A stretch of DNA of 25,189 bases, from NCBI GenBank assembly GCA_018970825.1, contig JAGWVP010000001.1, forward strand, positions 1 to 25,189, given 5' to 3'. Below the pieces are notes generated by a model. It had not been told where the DNA came from and did no database searches. It saw only the letters and a list, made by a program, of their open reading frames with translations. Both the position numbers and the translations under genes were made by a program. Numbering within the stretch: position 1 is the first letter of the stretch; each line of letters begins with the position of its first letter. Shown here one piece after another: positions 1-7,923 of the stretch. This DNA comes from a bacterium. GTDB lineage: Bacteria; Desulfobacterota; Binatia; UBA12015.

Positions 1-158
1 ACGAGACCTTCATCCGCCAGCTGAGCGTGATTCACAAGGAAGGGCGGCACTTCTCGCCGGCCGCCGAGCGGTTCATCGAGACGCTGGTGCCGAGCGAGGC
101 GCAGTCGGGAATCGAGCCCCCGTCGGAGAACGAGAAGGCGTCCTCGGCGGCGGGCTGA
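1..158 (+). CDS. LysR-family transcriptional regulator, C-terminal fragment (5' truncated by window edge)
   Basis: Frame from nt 3 reads ETFIRQLSVIHKEGRHFSPAAERFIETL...SSAAG* (TGA 156-158). The R-x-L-x-V-I-x5-R-x-x-S-P-A-A-x-x-F pattern is typical of the end of a LysR substrate-binding domain. Not in the ORF track. Confidence 0.7.
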   Translation, partial: ETFIRQLSVIHKEGRHFSPAAERFIETLVPSEAQSGIEPPSENEKASSAAG

Positions 159-777
159 TCCGCCCGTCCGGGGAAGACGAGGCGCCGGGGACCCGCGTCC
201 CGTCGGGGCGAGGGCGCCCGGTCCGCGGACCGGCGAAGGACCCGGACTCGCCGGCCAGGACGAGCCACGCCTCGAGCAACTCGATCTCCACCGCGAGCCG
301 CGACCGCTCGCGCGCGCGGTCGGCACGGGCGAGCGCCGCGTGCAGGGTGGGCGCCGCGGGATCGCCCGAGCGCCCGCGGAGTTCCGCCGCCTCGAGCCTC
401 GCGAGCGCGCGACGCCTGGCGTCGAGCTCGTTGCGAGCCGCCGCCGCGCGGCCCGCGTTCCCCGTCCCCGCGATCGCGAGCCGCACGAGCAGCGGCCGTC
501 GCAGCCAGTCCGCCGACGGCACCGGCCGGGCGAGCCAGCGATCGAGTTCCCGGCGGCCGAGATCGGTCACTTGCCAGACTCGCCGTCCGCGGGCGTCGGG
601 CGGCTCCTGGGCCGGCGCGATCGCGCCCTCGCGCTCGAGTGCACCGAGCGTCTCGTAGACGCGCGCGGACTCGACCCGCCGGACGGCGCCGGCGAGGGCC
701 GCGAGCCGCGCGGCGACGCGGTATCCGTGCGAGGGCTCCTGCCCGAGGAGCCCGAGGACCAGGTGCTTGAGTGCCAT
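73..777 (-). CDS. PadR-family transcriptional regulator
   Basis: MALKHLVLGLLGQEPSHGYRV...VYETLGALEREGAI...RRVWQVTDLGRRELDRWL matches the PadR winged helix and is followed by a helical C-terminal domain. GGAGG ribosome-binding site 8 nt upstream of the ATG. The last ~45 aa are low complexity and overlap the LysR 3' end. Confidence 0.9.
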   Translation of the reverse strand: MALKHLVLGLLGQEPSHGYRVAARLAALAGAVRRVESARVYETLGALEREGAIAPAQEPPDARGRRVWQVTDLGRRELDRWLARPVPSADWLRRPLLVRLAIAGTGNAGRAAAARNELDARRRALARLEAAELRGRSGDPAAPTLHAALARADRARERSRLAVEIELLEAWLVLAGESGSFAGPRTGRPRPDGTRVPGASSSPDGRISPPPRTPSRSPTGARFPTAPRSAPASR

Positions 778-840
778 GCGATCGACCTCCCGCGGGCTCG
801 ATCATCACGCCGTCGGTGCCCGGCCAAGCACCCGGCCCGC

Positions 841-863
841 CTTCATGCACTCGGTGCATGAAG
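841..863. promoter_or_regulatory. Perfect inverted repeat CTTCATGCAC-TCG-GTGCATGAAG; candidate PadR operator
   Basis: 10-bp arms with a 3-nt spacer, AT-richer than background, 64 nt upstream of the padR ATG, no U-tract on either side. Confidence 0.6.
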
Positions 864-891
864 ACCGCCGTCGCGGGGGCGTCGACCCGGC

Positions 892-1821
892 TCAGCCGAG
901 CAGCGGCCTCACCTCGGCGGCGAACAGCTCGAGCTGCTCGGGGCTGCCGAAGTCGCCGAACATGATCGCGAACTCGCCCACGCCGAGCGCCGCGCGCGCG
1001 CGCAGGGCCTCGGCCACCTGCTCCGGCTCGCCGACGTGGCAATCGCCGTCGAAGCGGGCGAACCCGCCGATCCGCTCCATCGCGCGCTCGCGGGCCTCGC
1101 GCACGCCCCGCTCGCCGCGCCCGACCACGACCAGCACCTGCTCGGAGACCGCGATCGCGTCGGGATCGCGCCCGATGCGCTCGCACTCGCGCCGGAGGCG
1201 CTCGCGCTTCGCCGCGAGCTCGCGCCAGGCCGGGTTCGGGCAGTTCCACTCGTCGGCGTGCCGCGCCACGAGCGCGAGCAGGCGTTCTCCCGCGCCGCCG
1301 ACGACGATCGGCAGCCGCCCCGGCTTCGGCAGCGACGGAGCGTCCGCGACCGAGTGGTGGCGACCGGCGAAGTTCGCCCGCGGGTCGCGCCACAGGCGAC
1401 GAGCGATCTCGATCGTCTCCTCGAGCTGCTCGAGCCGGACGCCGGCCCGCGGAAACGGGTAGCCGAAGGCACGGTACTCGTCCTCCATCCAGCCGACGCC
1501 GAGCCCGAGGCGCAGCCGTCCGCCGGACATGGCGTCGACGCTCGCCGCGAGCTTCGCGAGCAGCCCGGGCGAACGATACGAGTGGCAGGCGACGAGCGGT
1601 CCGATCGACACCCGGCGCGTGGCGAGCGCGACTCCGGCGAGCGCGGTCCAGACCTCGAGGTGATCCCGGTCGGGCTCGCCCGGAAACCAGAAGTGGTCGT
1701 CGAACCAGAGAGCGTCGTAGCCGAGGCTCTCGATCTCGCGCGCGCGGGACTCGACCTCGGGCCAGCGCAAGCCCGCGAGCGGCAGGAAGACGCCGCATCG
1801 TGGCGCACGGGGAAGGCTCAC
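892..1821 (-). CDS. LLM-class (luciferase-like) oxidoreductase, probable F420-dependent, Rv1855c-like
   Basis: Motifs GYDALWFDDHF, SYRSPGLLAKLAASVDAMSGGRLRLGLGVGW..EYRAFGYPFP, IVVGGAGE, HADEWN. Start moved to GTG 1821 (VSLPRAPRCGVFLP); the ORF-track extension to 2025 overlaps the asd promoter and start. Confidence 0.85.
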   Translation of the reverse strand: MSLPRAPRCGVFLPLAGLRWPEVESRAREIESLGYDALWFDDHFWFPGEPDRDHLEVWTALAGVALATRRVSIGPLVACHSYRSPGLLAKLAASVDAMSGGRLRLGLGVGWMEDEYRAFGYPFPRAGVRLEQLEETIEIARRLWRDPRANFAGRHHSVADAPSLPKPGRLPIVVGGAGERLLALVARHADEWNCPNPAWRELAAKRERLRRECERIGRDPDAIAVSEQVLVVVGRGERGVREARERAMERIGGFARFDGDCHVGEPEQVAEALRARAALGVGEFAIMFGDFGSPEQLELFAAEVRPLLG

Positions 1822-1902
1822 GATCGGCAGATTGCACCGTTTCGGCGCCCGGGCGCAACGCGGCGAGTTCGCGCCACGATCGTGGAGGCCCGGGCGCCCG
1901 GG

Positions 1903-1931
1903 TTGACAACGCGACGGTCGGTCGCGACGGT
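1903..1931 (+). promoter_or_regulatory. Putative sigma70 promoter for asd operon (TTGACA-17 nt-GACGGT)
   Basis: Perfect -35 TTGACA at 1903-1908. The hexamer 17 nt later keeps the conserved A2 and T6. It lies 26 nt before the asd ATG. Confidence 0.5.
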
Positions 1932-1957
1932 TCCTGCGGAATCGGGGGATCGAATCG

Positions 1958-3040
1958 ATGGCGGACAAGCGTGATCGTCGCGTCGCGGTGGTGGGAGCCA
2001 CCGGGGTCGCCGGGCAGCAGTTCATCGCGGCGCTCGACCGCCACCCGTGGTTCCGGGTGACGGCGCTCGCCGCCTCGGAGCGCTCGGCCGGGCGCAGCTA
2101 CCGCGAGGCTCTCACCGACGCGAAGACCGGCGCCCGACGCTGGTACTGCGACGAGGATCCCTCGCCCGAGATGCTCTCGATGCCGGTCGTCGACGCGCGC
2201 GATCTCGATCTCGACGCCTGCGACATCGTCTTCACCGCCGTCGAGAGCGACGCGGCCCGCGATCTCGAGCCCCGCTTCGCCAAGCGCCAGCCGGTGTTCT
2301 CGACCGCGTCCGCCTTCCGCTACGAGGAGGACGTCCCGATCGCCGTCCCCGGCGTGAACCTCGACCACCTCGACATCGTCGCGGCCCAGCAGAAGAAGCG
2401 CGGCTGGAAGGGCTTCGTCGTCCCGCTGCCGAACTGCACCACGATGGGGCTCGTCGTGACCCTCAAGCCGCTGCTCGACGCCTTCGGGCTCCGCCGCGTC
2501 GTCATGACCTCGATGCAGGGGCTCTCGGGTGCCGGTCGCTCGCCCGGCGTCGCGGCTCTCGACGTGGTCGACAACGTGATCCCGTACATCGTCGGCGAGG
2601 AGGAGAAGGTCGCAAAGGAGACCGGCAAGATCCTGGGCGGCGTCGCGGGCGACCGTTTCGCGCCGCACCCGGTCATGGTCGCCGCGACCTGCACGCGCGC
2701 GAACGTGCGCGAGGGACACACCGAGGCCGTGCAGGTCGAGCTCGAGCGCGAGGCGACCCTCGACCAGGTGCGCGAGTGCTTCCTGCGCTTCGGATCCGAG
2801 TTCTGCGCGCGCGGCCTGCCGTCGGCCCCGCAGAACCTGATCGTGCTCCACGACGACCCCTTCCGCCCGCAGCCGCGGCTCGACCGCGAGGCCGGCGGCG
2901 GCATGTCGACCTCGGTCGGCCGGCTCCGCCTCGACGCGGCGGGCCTGCGCTACATGCTCGTGTCGCACAACACGAAGATGGGGGCCGCCAAGGGCGCGGT
3001 GCTGGTCGCCGAGCACCTGGTGGACGCGGGCCGCATCTGA
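1958..3040 (+). CDS. asd: Aspartate-semialdehyde dehydrogenase (archaeal/fungal-like subtype)
   Basis: Rossmann motif VAVVGATGVAGQQF..L..HPWF, LAASERSAG, catalytic PNCTT, SMQGLSGAG, DNVIPYI.GEEEK, SHNT..GAAKGAVL.AE. Confidence 0.95.
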   Translation: MADKRDRRVAVVGATGVAGQQFIAALDRHPWFRVTALAASERSAGRSYREALTDAKTGARRWYCDEDPSPEMLSMPVVDARDLDLDACDIVFTAVESDAARDLEPRFAKRQPVFSTASAFRYEEDVPIAVPGVNLDHLDIVAAQQKKRGWKGFVVPLPNCTTMGLVVTLKPLLDAFGLRRVVMTSMQGLSGAGRSPGVAALDVVDNVIPYIVGEEEKVAKETGKILGGVAGDRFAPHPVMVAATCTRANVREGHTEAVQVELEREATLDQVRECFLRFGSEFCARGLPSAPQNLIVLHDDPFRPQPRLDREAGGGMSTSVGRLRLDAAGLRYMLVSHNTKMGAAKGAVLVAEHLVDAGRI

Positions 3041-4914
3041 CGCCGGGGGACGATCGGCGCGAGGCCGCGCGCGGCCTCGCCGCCGTCCTCGCGCTGGGCG
3101 CCCTGCTCCTCCTCCCGGGACTCGGAAGCTACCCGCTCGTCGACCCGACCGAGGCTCGACACGCCGCGGTCGCGAGCGAGATGGCGCGGGAGCACCGCGT
3201 GCTCGTGCCGCTCCTCTACGGCGAGCCCTACCGCGACAAGCCCTCGCCCTACTACCTCCTGTTGCGCGCGGCCCGGCGGCTTCCGCTCGGGGTCGAGGCC
3301 GCGCTGCGGCTGCCGTCGGTGGTCGGGACGCTCGCGACCGCGTTCCTGCTGTTCGGCTTCGCCCGCAGGCGCATCGGCTCGCGCGCGGCCGCGGTCGGCA
3401 CGGCGGTGTTCCTCGCCTCGCCGCTCGTCGTGGTGCTCGGTCGGTTCGCGGACCAGGACGCGCTCCTCGCGACCTTCGTCACGGCCGCGGTCGTCGGACT
3501 CCTCGCGGTCCTCGACGACCCGTCGCGCAGTCTCGCCCCGGCCGCGGTCGCGATGGGCCTCGGCTCGTGGGTGAAGGGGCCGGTCGCGATCGTGTTGCCG
3601 GCGTTCGCCGCGGGGGTCGTCGCCGCTTCCCGGCGCCGTCTGCCCGACGGGGACCTCCTGCGGCGGGCCGCGCTCGCAGGCGTCGTCGCGTGCGCGATCT
3701 TCGCGGCCTGGGTCGTGCCGGCGTGGGTCGCCGACCGGGACTACGTCTCGGCCTTCCTGCTGCAGCACAACGTCGGCCGGTTCGCCGACGCGTCGACCGG
3801 GCACCCGAAGCCCTTCTGGTTCTACCTGCCCGCGATGCTGGGGGCGATGCTGCCGTGGTCGCTGCTCCTGCCTGCCGCGATCGCGGCCCCGGCCTCCACC
3901 CGCGCCGGCGCGCGGGATGCGGAACGCGACCTGCTCGCGTGGGCGGCGGCGATCGTCGGCTTCTACTCGCTCTCGCGCGCGAAGAGCGCGGGCTACGTGC
4001 TGCCGGCGGTCGGGCCGATCGCGCTCTGGCTCGGATCTCGACTGGTCGCGGTCGCGGACCTCGCGACGGACCGCTTCCCCGCCGGGAAAGACGCGCGGGC
4101 CGGAGGTGTCGATGCCGCCGCGGCGGCGGCCGTTGCGGGCGAGCGTGCGACGGCCGTCGAGCCGGTCGCGCTCGCCCGCGTCGACGGGCTGCTGCGCGCG
4201 GCACTCGGCGTGCTCGCCGCCGCGACCGCGGTCTCGCCGCTCGCCGCCTGGATCGCGCTGCACCGCGAGGCACCCGCGATCGCGGCCCCGGCCGCGCTCC
4301 TCCTGGTCCCGGTCGCGATGGTCGGCCTTCTCTCGGCCCGTGCCGCCTGGCGCGAGCCTCGCCCGCTGCGCGGCGCCGCCCTCTGGACCGGGCTCGCCGC
4401 GACGTGTCTCGTCGTCGTCGTCTACGCGGCGCTGGCTCCACTCGCCGCGGAGATCGCGAGCGACCGGCACCTCGCTCGCTTCGCAGCGGAGCGGGCGCCG
4501 GGACTTCCGCTCGTCGGCTTCCGGCTCCACCCCGCGTCGCTCGCCTTCTACTCGCCCGGGGCGGTACGCAAGGAAGTCGACGTCGAGGAGGTGAAGCGGC
4601 TCGCGGCCTCGGGCCCGATCGTCGTGCTGGCGCGGGAGAGGGACGAGCGGGCGCTCGAGGAAGCAGGACTCCGCCTCCATCGCTGGACCCCGAGCGCGCG
4701 CCATTGCCTGTTCGGCACGACGCCCTCGCCGCCCGTGCCGGCCGCGGGCGACGACCGAGGGGCCGGGTCGATGCCCTCCGAGGCGCCCGGCGATCGCGGG
4801 GCGGGTCCCGGGGCGACCCGCGAGCGGGCCGGTCCGCGACGACGTGCCGACGCGGTCCCGGCGACGGGGCGACGGGGGCGACCCGCGTCGGACCCGGCCG
4901 CCTCTCGATGCTAG
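3037..4914 (+). CDS. ArnT/PMT-like GT-C membrane glycosyltransferase (paralog 1)
   Basis: Hydrophobic N-terminal helix, then DPTEARHAAVASEM, YGEPYRDKPSPYY, ALRLPS, KGPVAIVLP, QHNVGRF, HPKPFWFYLP, PWSLLLP, SRAKSAGYVLP. No ATG/GTG/TTG precedes the first motif; the start is inferred at CTG 3037, overlapping the asd stop (CTGA). Confidence 0.8.
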   Translation: MTPGDDRREAARGLAAVLALGALLLLPGLGSYPLVDPTEARHAAVASEMAREHRVLVPLLYGEPYRDKPSPYYLLLRAARRLPLGVEAALRLPSVVGTLATAFLLFGFARRRIGSRAAAVGTAVFLASPLVVVLGRFADQDALLATFVTAAVVGLLAVLDDPSRSLAPAAVAMGLGSWVKGPVAIVLPAFAAGVVAASRRRLPDGDLLRRAALAGVVACAIFAAWVVPAWVADRDYVSAFLLQHNVGRFADASTGHPKPFWFYLPAMLGAMLPWSLLLPAAIAAPASTRAGARDAERDLLAWAAAIVGFYSLSRAKSAGYVLPAVGPIALWLGSRLVAVADLATDRFPAGKDARAGGVDAAAAAAVAGERATAVEPVALARVDGLLRAALGVLAAATAVSPLAAWIALHREAPAIAAPAALLLVPVAMVGLLSARAAWREPRPLRGAALWTGLAATCLVVVVYAALAPLAAEIASDRHLARFAAERAPGLPLVGFRLHPASLAFYSPGAVRKEVDVEEVKRLAASGPIVVLARERDERALEEAGLRLHRWTPSARHCLFGTTPSPPVPAAGDDRGAGSMPSEAPGDRGAGPGATRERAGPRRRADAVPATGRRGRPASDPAASRC

Positions 4915-4924
4915 AGGCGAGCCG

Positions 4925-6784
4925 ATGCCCCGCTCCGTCTCGTTTCTCGCAGGCGCTCTCGCGATCGCGGTACTCGCCGCGGCGGTGAACCTCCCCGGGA
5001 TCTCGGACCAGCCCTTCTACACGAAGGGCGAACCGCGCGAGGCCATGGTGGTCTGGGAGATGGCCCACGACGGCGGGCTCGTCCTGCCGCTGCGCAACGG
5101 GACCGAGATCCCGTCGAAGCCGCCGTTCTTCCACTGGCTCGGGCTTCTCTCGTCGAAGGCGCTCGGCTCGGTGTCGGAACTGAGCGTGCGGTTGCCGTCG
5201 GCGGTGCTCGGCACGCTCGGCACGGTCGCGGTCTATGCCTTCGGCGCGTGGACCGGCCGCCTGCGGTCGGGCGCCCTCGCCGCGACGTCGCTGCTGCTCT
5301 CGTTCGAGTGGCTCCGCGCGGCGCGCTCGGCTCGCGTCGACATGACGCTCACCTTCTTCCTCACCGCCGCCTTCCTTCTGTTCGGCGTGATGGATCGCGC
5401 CGGCGTGACGCGCGCACGTCTCGTCCTCTTCTACGCCTGCGTCGTCGCCGCGAGCCTCGGCAAGGGGCCGGTCGGGATCGCGCTGCCGGCGGCGGTCGTC
5501 CTCGTCTACGCCGCGATCCGGCCGCCCGGGGACGAGGGCTCGCTCGTCGGCCGGGTGCCCGCGAGCCCCGGCGAGGACCCGGGCCCGCTGCGATGGCGGG
5601 AGCGCTTTCGGAGCGTGGTCGCGACCGTGCGCGATCTCGAGCCCCTGCCCGGGCTGGCGGCGGTCCTGCTGGTGGTCGGCGGCTGGTACGCGGCCGCCCT
5701 GTGGATCGGCGGCGACAGCTTCTTCGTGAAGCAGGTGCTGAAGGAGAACGTGTTCCGCGTGATCGACCCCGAGCGGCTCGACACGGGGCACGTCCACGGG
5801 CCGTTCTACTTCGTCCCCGGGTTCCTCCTGGGCGCGCTGCCCTGGAGCCTGCTCGCCCCGGCGATCGCGTGGTGGATCTGGCGCTCTCGCCCGGTCGACG
5901 CGACCACCCGCTACCTGGTCGTCTGGTTCTTCGTCGTGATCGGCCTCTTCTCGATCGCGTCCTCGAAGCGCACCGTCTACATCCTGCCGGCCTATCCCGC
6001 CGCGGCCCTCCTGTTCGGGCGAGTGCTCGGACCGGGGCCGGAGGGGTCGGCGCAGCGCCGTCTCGCCGGCGCGGGCTTCGCGCTCGGGGCCGCGGCGATC
6101 GCGCTCGTGGGCCTGGCCGGCCTCCTGATCGCGAGCGGGCTGCCGATCGCGTCGTGGATCGCGCCCCGGCTCGAGGCGCACGACGCCCAGGGCCTGCAGG
6201 CCGCGGTCCGGTCGCTCTTCGAGCATCGCTGGATCGCGATCGCCGCCGCGGCGGTCTCGATCGCGACCGCCGTCGCCGCGGCCCGCGAGGCTCCGGGCGC
6301 GCACTGGCTGCGCGGCACGATGCTGCTCGCCGTCTCGATGGTCGTCCTGCTCGCCGGCGTGGTCGCGCCGGTCGAGCGCGGCATCGCCTGGAGCCGCTCG
6401 CTCGACTCGTTCCTGCGCGACGTCCGCGGCCGGGTCGGCGCCGAGCAGCTCGGCTTCCTGTGCACCTTCGACTACGGTGCGGTGTACTACTCGCAGGCGA
6501 GGTTCCCGGCCGACGGGGCCCCGCGCTGCGCCGCCCGGGACGCCGCGGGCGGACACTGCCGCGACCACGTCCGCGAGATGCTCGACGACGCGGACTGCAA
6601 GGACCCGGCGCGTCGCCTCGATGCGCTCCGGGCCGACGGGGCCCCGCGTCACGTGCTGCTCTGGGAAGAGGACCTGGGCGCACTCGCACCGGAGGTGGCC
6701 GTCGTCCTCCGCAGCGAGGGCAGCGGTCCCAAGGGCCGCTCCCGGATGTTGCTCGTCGAGCGCAAGCCGCACGCGGGAGCGTGA
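4925..6784 (+). CDS. ArnT/PMT-like GT-C membrane glycosyltransferase (paralog 2)
   Basis: ATG 4925 with AGAGG 7 nt upstream. Motifs FYTKGEPREAMVVWEM, LPLRNGTEIPSKPPFFHW, SVRLPS, ARVDMTL, LGKGPVG, GHVHGPFYF, LPWS, SSKRTVYILPAYP. Confidence 0.88.
   Translation: MPRSVSFLAGALAIAVLAAAVNLPGISDQPFYTKGEPREAMVVWEMAHDGGLVLPLRNGTEIPSKPPFFHWLGLLSSKALGSVSELSVRLPSAVLGTLGTVAVYAFGAWTGRLRSGALAATSLLLSFEWLRAARSARVDMTLTFFLTAAFLLFGVMDRAGVTRARLVLFYACVVAASLGKGPVGIALPAAVVLVYAAIRPPGDEGSLVGRVPASPGEDPGPLRWRERFRSVVATVRDLEPLPGLAAVLLVVGGWYAAALWIGGDSFFVKQVLKENVFRVIDPERLDTGHVHGPFYFVPGFLLGALPWSLLAPAIAWWIWRSRPVDATTRYLVVWFFVVIGLFSIASSKRTVYILPAYPAAALLFGRVLGPGPEGSAQRRLAGAGFALGAAAIALVGLAGLLIASGLPIASWIAPRLEAHDAQGLQAAVRSLFEHRWIAIAAAAVSIATAVAAAREAPGAHWLRGTMLLAVSMVVLLAGVVAPVERGIAWSRSLDSFLRDVRGRVGAEQLGFLCTFDYGAVYYSQARFPADGAPRCAARDAAGGHCRDHVREMLDDADCKDPARRLDALRADGAPRHVLLWEEDLGALAPEVAVVLRSEGSGPKGRSRMLLVERKPHAGA
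6508..6648 (+). repeat. Exact 18-nt direct repeat GGCCGACGGGGCCCCGCG (6508-6525 and 6631-6648), in frame (ADGAPR twice)
   Basis: Both copies read directly from the sequence; period 123 nt = 41 codons. Confidence 0.8.
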
Positions 6785-6832
6785 CGCCGCGGGGGGCGAC
6801 CGGGGAGTCCGCGGCGCGAAGCAGCCCGGGCC

Positions 6833-6862
6833 TTGGACGCGCGGCGGAGCGGGGCATAGGGT
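6833..6862 (+). promoter_or_regulatory. Putative promoter (TTGGAC-18 nt-TAGGGT) for the two UPF0104 genes
   Basis: TAnnnT hexamer at 6857-6862 in the 95-nt gap; GGAG ribosome-binding site 7 nt before ATG 6880. Confidence 0.35.
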
Positions 6863-6879
6863 TCGGCCGGAGTGCCGCC

Positions 6880-7923
6880 ATGAAGACGGGAAGCCCCCTG
6901 CTCGAGGTCGTGGGCGCCGAGTCCACGACACGGCCGGGCTCGCGCCGGGAGGAGGCTCCGCCTCGCGACCGGCGCCGGCTCGCGCTGCTCGGGCTCGTGC
7001 TGCTCGGCGTGCTGATCTCGCAGGTCGGAGCCGAGGACCTTCTCGCCCGCCTGCGCAACCTCGGCTGGCGTGCCCCGCTCGTCGCGTTGCCCTTCGCGCT
7101 GATCGCCGCGATCGACGGGTGGGCGTGGTCGTTCACGCTGCCGCGCGACGCCGGGCCCCGGCCGGGGCTCCCGCTGCTCACGATGATCCGTCTCGCGGGC
7201 GAATCGGTGAACAACCTCACGCCGACCGCCTACCTCGGCGGCGAGCCGGTGAAGGCGATGCTGCTCGTCGACCGCGGAATCGACGCCGCGGGCGGGACCG
7301 TGTCGGTGATCGTCGCCAAGACCGCGCTCACCGTCGGGCAGGTCCTCTTCATCCTGCTCGGGATCGTGGCCGCCCTCGAACGCTTCGGCCTGCTGCGGAG
7401 CAGCACCCTGCCGGTCGCGTTCCTGTGCGCGCTGGGGGCCCTCTTCACCGCGTGGCTCGTGCGGATCCAGCAGCGCGACCCGATCGCCCGGGCGGTGGGC
7501 TTCGGTCGGCGGGTCGGGCTGCACGGACCGCGCTTCGAACGGCTCGCCGCGTCGGCTCCCCGGGTCGACGGCGAATTGCGATCCTTCTACTCGGTGCGAG
7601 GGCGCGATTTCGCGGCGAGCACCTTTCTGCACTTCCTCGGCTGGATCGCCGGGGCGCTCGAGATGAAGGTGTTCGCCGACCTGGTCGGGCTACCGCTCGG
7701 ATGGAGGGACGCATTCGTGATCGAGTCGCTTTCGCAGCCGCTCTCGGCCGGGGCGGCGATCGTTCCCGGCGCGCTCGGGATCCGCGAGGCCGGCGGGGTC
7801 GCCATCTTCCGGGTGCTCGGCCTCGACGAGTCGGCCGGGCTCGCGATCTGGATCCTGCGGCGCCTGCGCGAGGCCCTCTACAGCGCGCTCGGCCTCGCCT
7901 TCCTCGTCGCGAGGCGGCGATGA
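6880..7923 (+). CDS. UPF0104 / lysylphosphatidylglycerol-synthase TM-region membrane protein (HpnL/AglD2-like putative flippase)
   Basis: Multi-TM protein with IRLAGESVNNLTPTAYLGGEPVKA and IVPGALGIREAG motifs, typical of this family. Confidence 0.8.
   Translation: MKTGSPLLEVVGAESTTRPGSRREEAPPRDRRRLALLGLVLLGVLISQVGAEDLLARLRNLGWRAPLVALPFALIAAIDGWAWSFTLPRDAGPRPGLPLLTMIRLAGESVNNLTPTAYLGGEPVKAMLLVDRGIDAAGGTVSVIVAKTALTVGQVLFILLGIVAALERFGLLRSSTLPVAFLCALGALFTAWLVRIQQRDPIARAVGFGRRVGLHGPRFERLAASAPRVDGELRSFYSVRGRDFAASTFLHFLGWIAGALEMKVFADLVGLPLGWRDAFVIESLSQPLSAGAAIVPGALGIREAGGVAIFRVLGLDESAGLAIWILRRLREALYSALGLAFLVARRR

Noticed and set aside
1874-1885. 12-bp palindrome CCACGATCGTGG in the LLM/asd divergent gap
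   Set aside because: Short and plausible by chance, with no second copy or matching regulator motif; too weak to call.
32-3016. 994-aa minus-strand ORF, and similar long ORFs at 3479-6931, 10278-13121, 14074-15750 and 20133-22397
   Set aside because: Antisense shadow frames of well-supported genes; Arg/Gly/Pro/Ala-rich with no motifs; expected at this GC content.
2047-3036. 955-aa version of the first GT-C gene starting inside asd
   Set aside because: The first ~330 aa are an off-frame read of asd; real GT-C-like sequence begins only at the asd stop.
4740-4911. Degenerate GGCGAC/GGGGCGACCCGCG repeats in the tail of GT-C paralog 1
   Set aside because: Irregular low-complexity GC sequence, not a regular array or REP-like element; probably a non-conserved read-through tail.
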